Below, one piece after another: positions 37,959 to 39,001 of a stretch of DNA of 39,001 nucleotides; the stretch's first letter is position 1; the number at the start of each line of letters is the position of its first letter. The notes beneath the pieces were generated by a model that was not told the origin of the DNA, did not search any database, and worked only from the letters and a program-made list of their open reading frames with translations. The position numbers were made by a program, and so were the translations under genes. Origin of the DNA: Myxococcales bacterium. GTDB lineage: Bacteria > Myxococcota_A > Polyangia > Polyangiales > Polyangiaceae. The stretch covers positions 1 to 39,001 of the forward strand of contig JAYTOU010000065.1 of assembly GCA_043747615.1 (NCBI GenBank), written 5' to 3'.

Positions 37959-38780
37959 ATGCCTTACGTCGCAACGCGCCTCGGTCGATGGTTCTACGAG
38001 AGCCACGGATCGCCTAGAAAAAAGGGCGATCCGACGATCGTGCTGTGTCACGGGCTCCTCTTCGACGGAGCCCAATGGGGTGCGCAACTGCCCGTGCTGA
38101 GCGCCCTCGGCCGCGTCGTGGTGCTCGACGGACCGGGGCACGGCAAGAGCGAGGTGCCCCCTCCGTTCTCGCTCGACGATCACACGCGAGCCTTCATCGA
38201 CGCGATCGATGCGCTGGAGATCGACCAGCTCGTCATGGTGGGGCTCTCGTGGGGCGGGATGCTCGCGATGCGCGTTGCGCTCAGCCCTGCCGCGTCGCGC
38301 TTGAAGGCGATGGCCCTCCTCGACACCAGCGCCGAAGCCGAGCCCTGGGTGGATGCCAAGAAGTACCGCGTGCTCGCGTCGTTCGCGCGTCGCTTCGGTC
38401 TGCCGCTCGCTCTCGTCAAAAAAGAGATCGCGCCGCTCATGTTCGGTCCGAAGACGCTCCGCGAAAGGCCCGAGCTCGTCCTCGAGGTCGCGCAGCGCAT
38501 CAACGGCTACTCACGCGAAGGCGTATCCCGCGCGGCGATTGCGGTCGTCGTCGAGCGCAAAAGCATCCTCGAGCGTCTCGGAGAGATCTGCGTTCCCACC
38601 CTCGTTGGGTGCGGCAGAGACGACCGCGCCACCATCCCCGCGCGAAGCGAGGCCATCGCGCGAAGCATCCAGGGCGCGAAGCTCGTGTGGATCGAAGACA
38701 GCGGTCACATGTCGGCGATCGAACGCCCGGAGGCGGTCAACGCCGCGCTGGTCCCTTTTCTTCGCCACGCTGCGTACTGA
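37959..38780 (+). CDS. Alpha/beta fold hydrolase
   Basis: 'LCHG', 'DGPGHGKS', nucleophile elbow 'GLSWGG', 'GRDD', 'SGHMS'. Confidence 0.92.
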   Translation: MPYVATRLGRWFYESHGSPRKKGDPTIVLCHGLLFDGAQWGAQLPVLSALGRVVVLDGPGHGKSEVPPPFSLDDHTRAFIDAIDALEIDQLVMVGLSWGGMLAMRVALSPAASRLKAMALLDTSAEAEPWVDAKKYRVLASFARRFGLPLALVKKEIAPLMFGPKTLRERPELVLEVAQRINGYSREGVSRAAIAVVVERKSILERLGEICVPTLVGCGRDDRATIPARSEAIARSIQGAKLVWIEDSGHMSAIERPEAVNAALVPFLRHAAY

Positions 38781-38864
38781 TAAGGAATTCGAGATGGAAA
38801 CGCCCTGGGCGTGCGATTGCCAAGACACCTCGATGGGCGTGGCTATTCCTCTTTTCCGACTAGG

Positions 38865-39001
38865 CGCCCGGGCCCGAAGTGCACGCCGCGGGATCACTCG
38901 CGCGCGGGACCCAATGGTGGTTTTCGCACTGGGAGGTCGCCGTACAGTAACCAGGGCCCTCGCTGCATGCGTCGCTCGCGGCCACGCCCGGGCCCGAAGT
39001 G
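38865..39001. repeat. Direct repeat CGCCCGGGCCCGAAGTG (at least 17 bp) at 120-bp spacing, second copy cut by the window edge
   Basis: Identical 17-mers at 38865-38881 and 38985-39001. Confidence 0.75.

Noticed and set aside
36256..37974. 572-aa ORF antisense to gdhA/cdsA
   Set aside because: Shadow of strongly biased genes; no domain motifs.
38806..38820. Sigma-54 promoter (TGGGCGTGCGATTGC)
   Set aside because: GG-N10-GC spacing fits but the -24 element is a poor match and no downstream gene is visible.

Overview
High-GC (roughly two-thirds G+C), gene-dense chromosomal DNA. The gene content points to a myxobacterium, probably Polyangiaceae/Sorangiineae-like (inference from gene families, not a search). 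Left to right: a 27-bp tandem repeat; a GltJ/AgmX-like gliding protein; a membrane protein with three zinc-ribbon-like modules; a TraB-like OmpA/TSP3 outer-membrane protein; a double-FHA membrane protein; a PDZ lipoprotein; a CinA-like protein; a receptor-less chemosensory operon (cheY-cheA-cheW-cheW-HEAT-cheR-cheB) followed by pmbA; an XRE regulator; scpAB; a Ser/Thr kinase with a putative beta-barrel partner; an orphan FliR/SctT; a MaoC hydratase; a thiolase; two coupled histidine kinases; a Kal-Kce fusion; uppS and cdsA separated by a Uma2 nuclease and two gene remnants; gdhA; an alpha/beta hydrolase. No rRNA, tRNA, CRISPR array or intact transposase was seen. Best leads: a histidine kinase paired with an apparent pseudokinase, the Kal-Kce fusion, the MCP-less HEAT-containing Che operon, the orphan SctT, a CxxC..CPxDG module shared by the kinase and a kinase-less membrane protein, and the uppS-cdsA scar. 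All calls come from reading motifs by eye.
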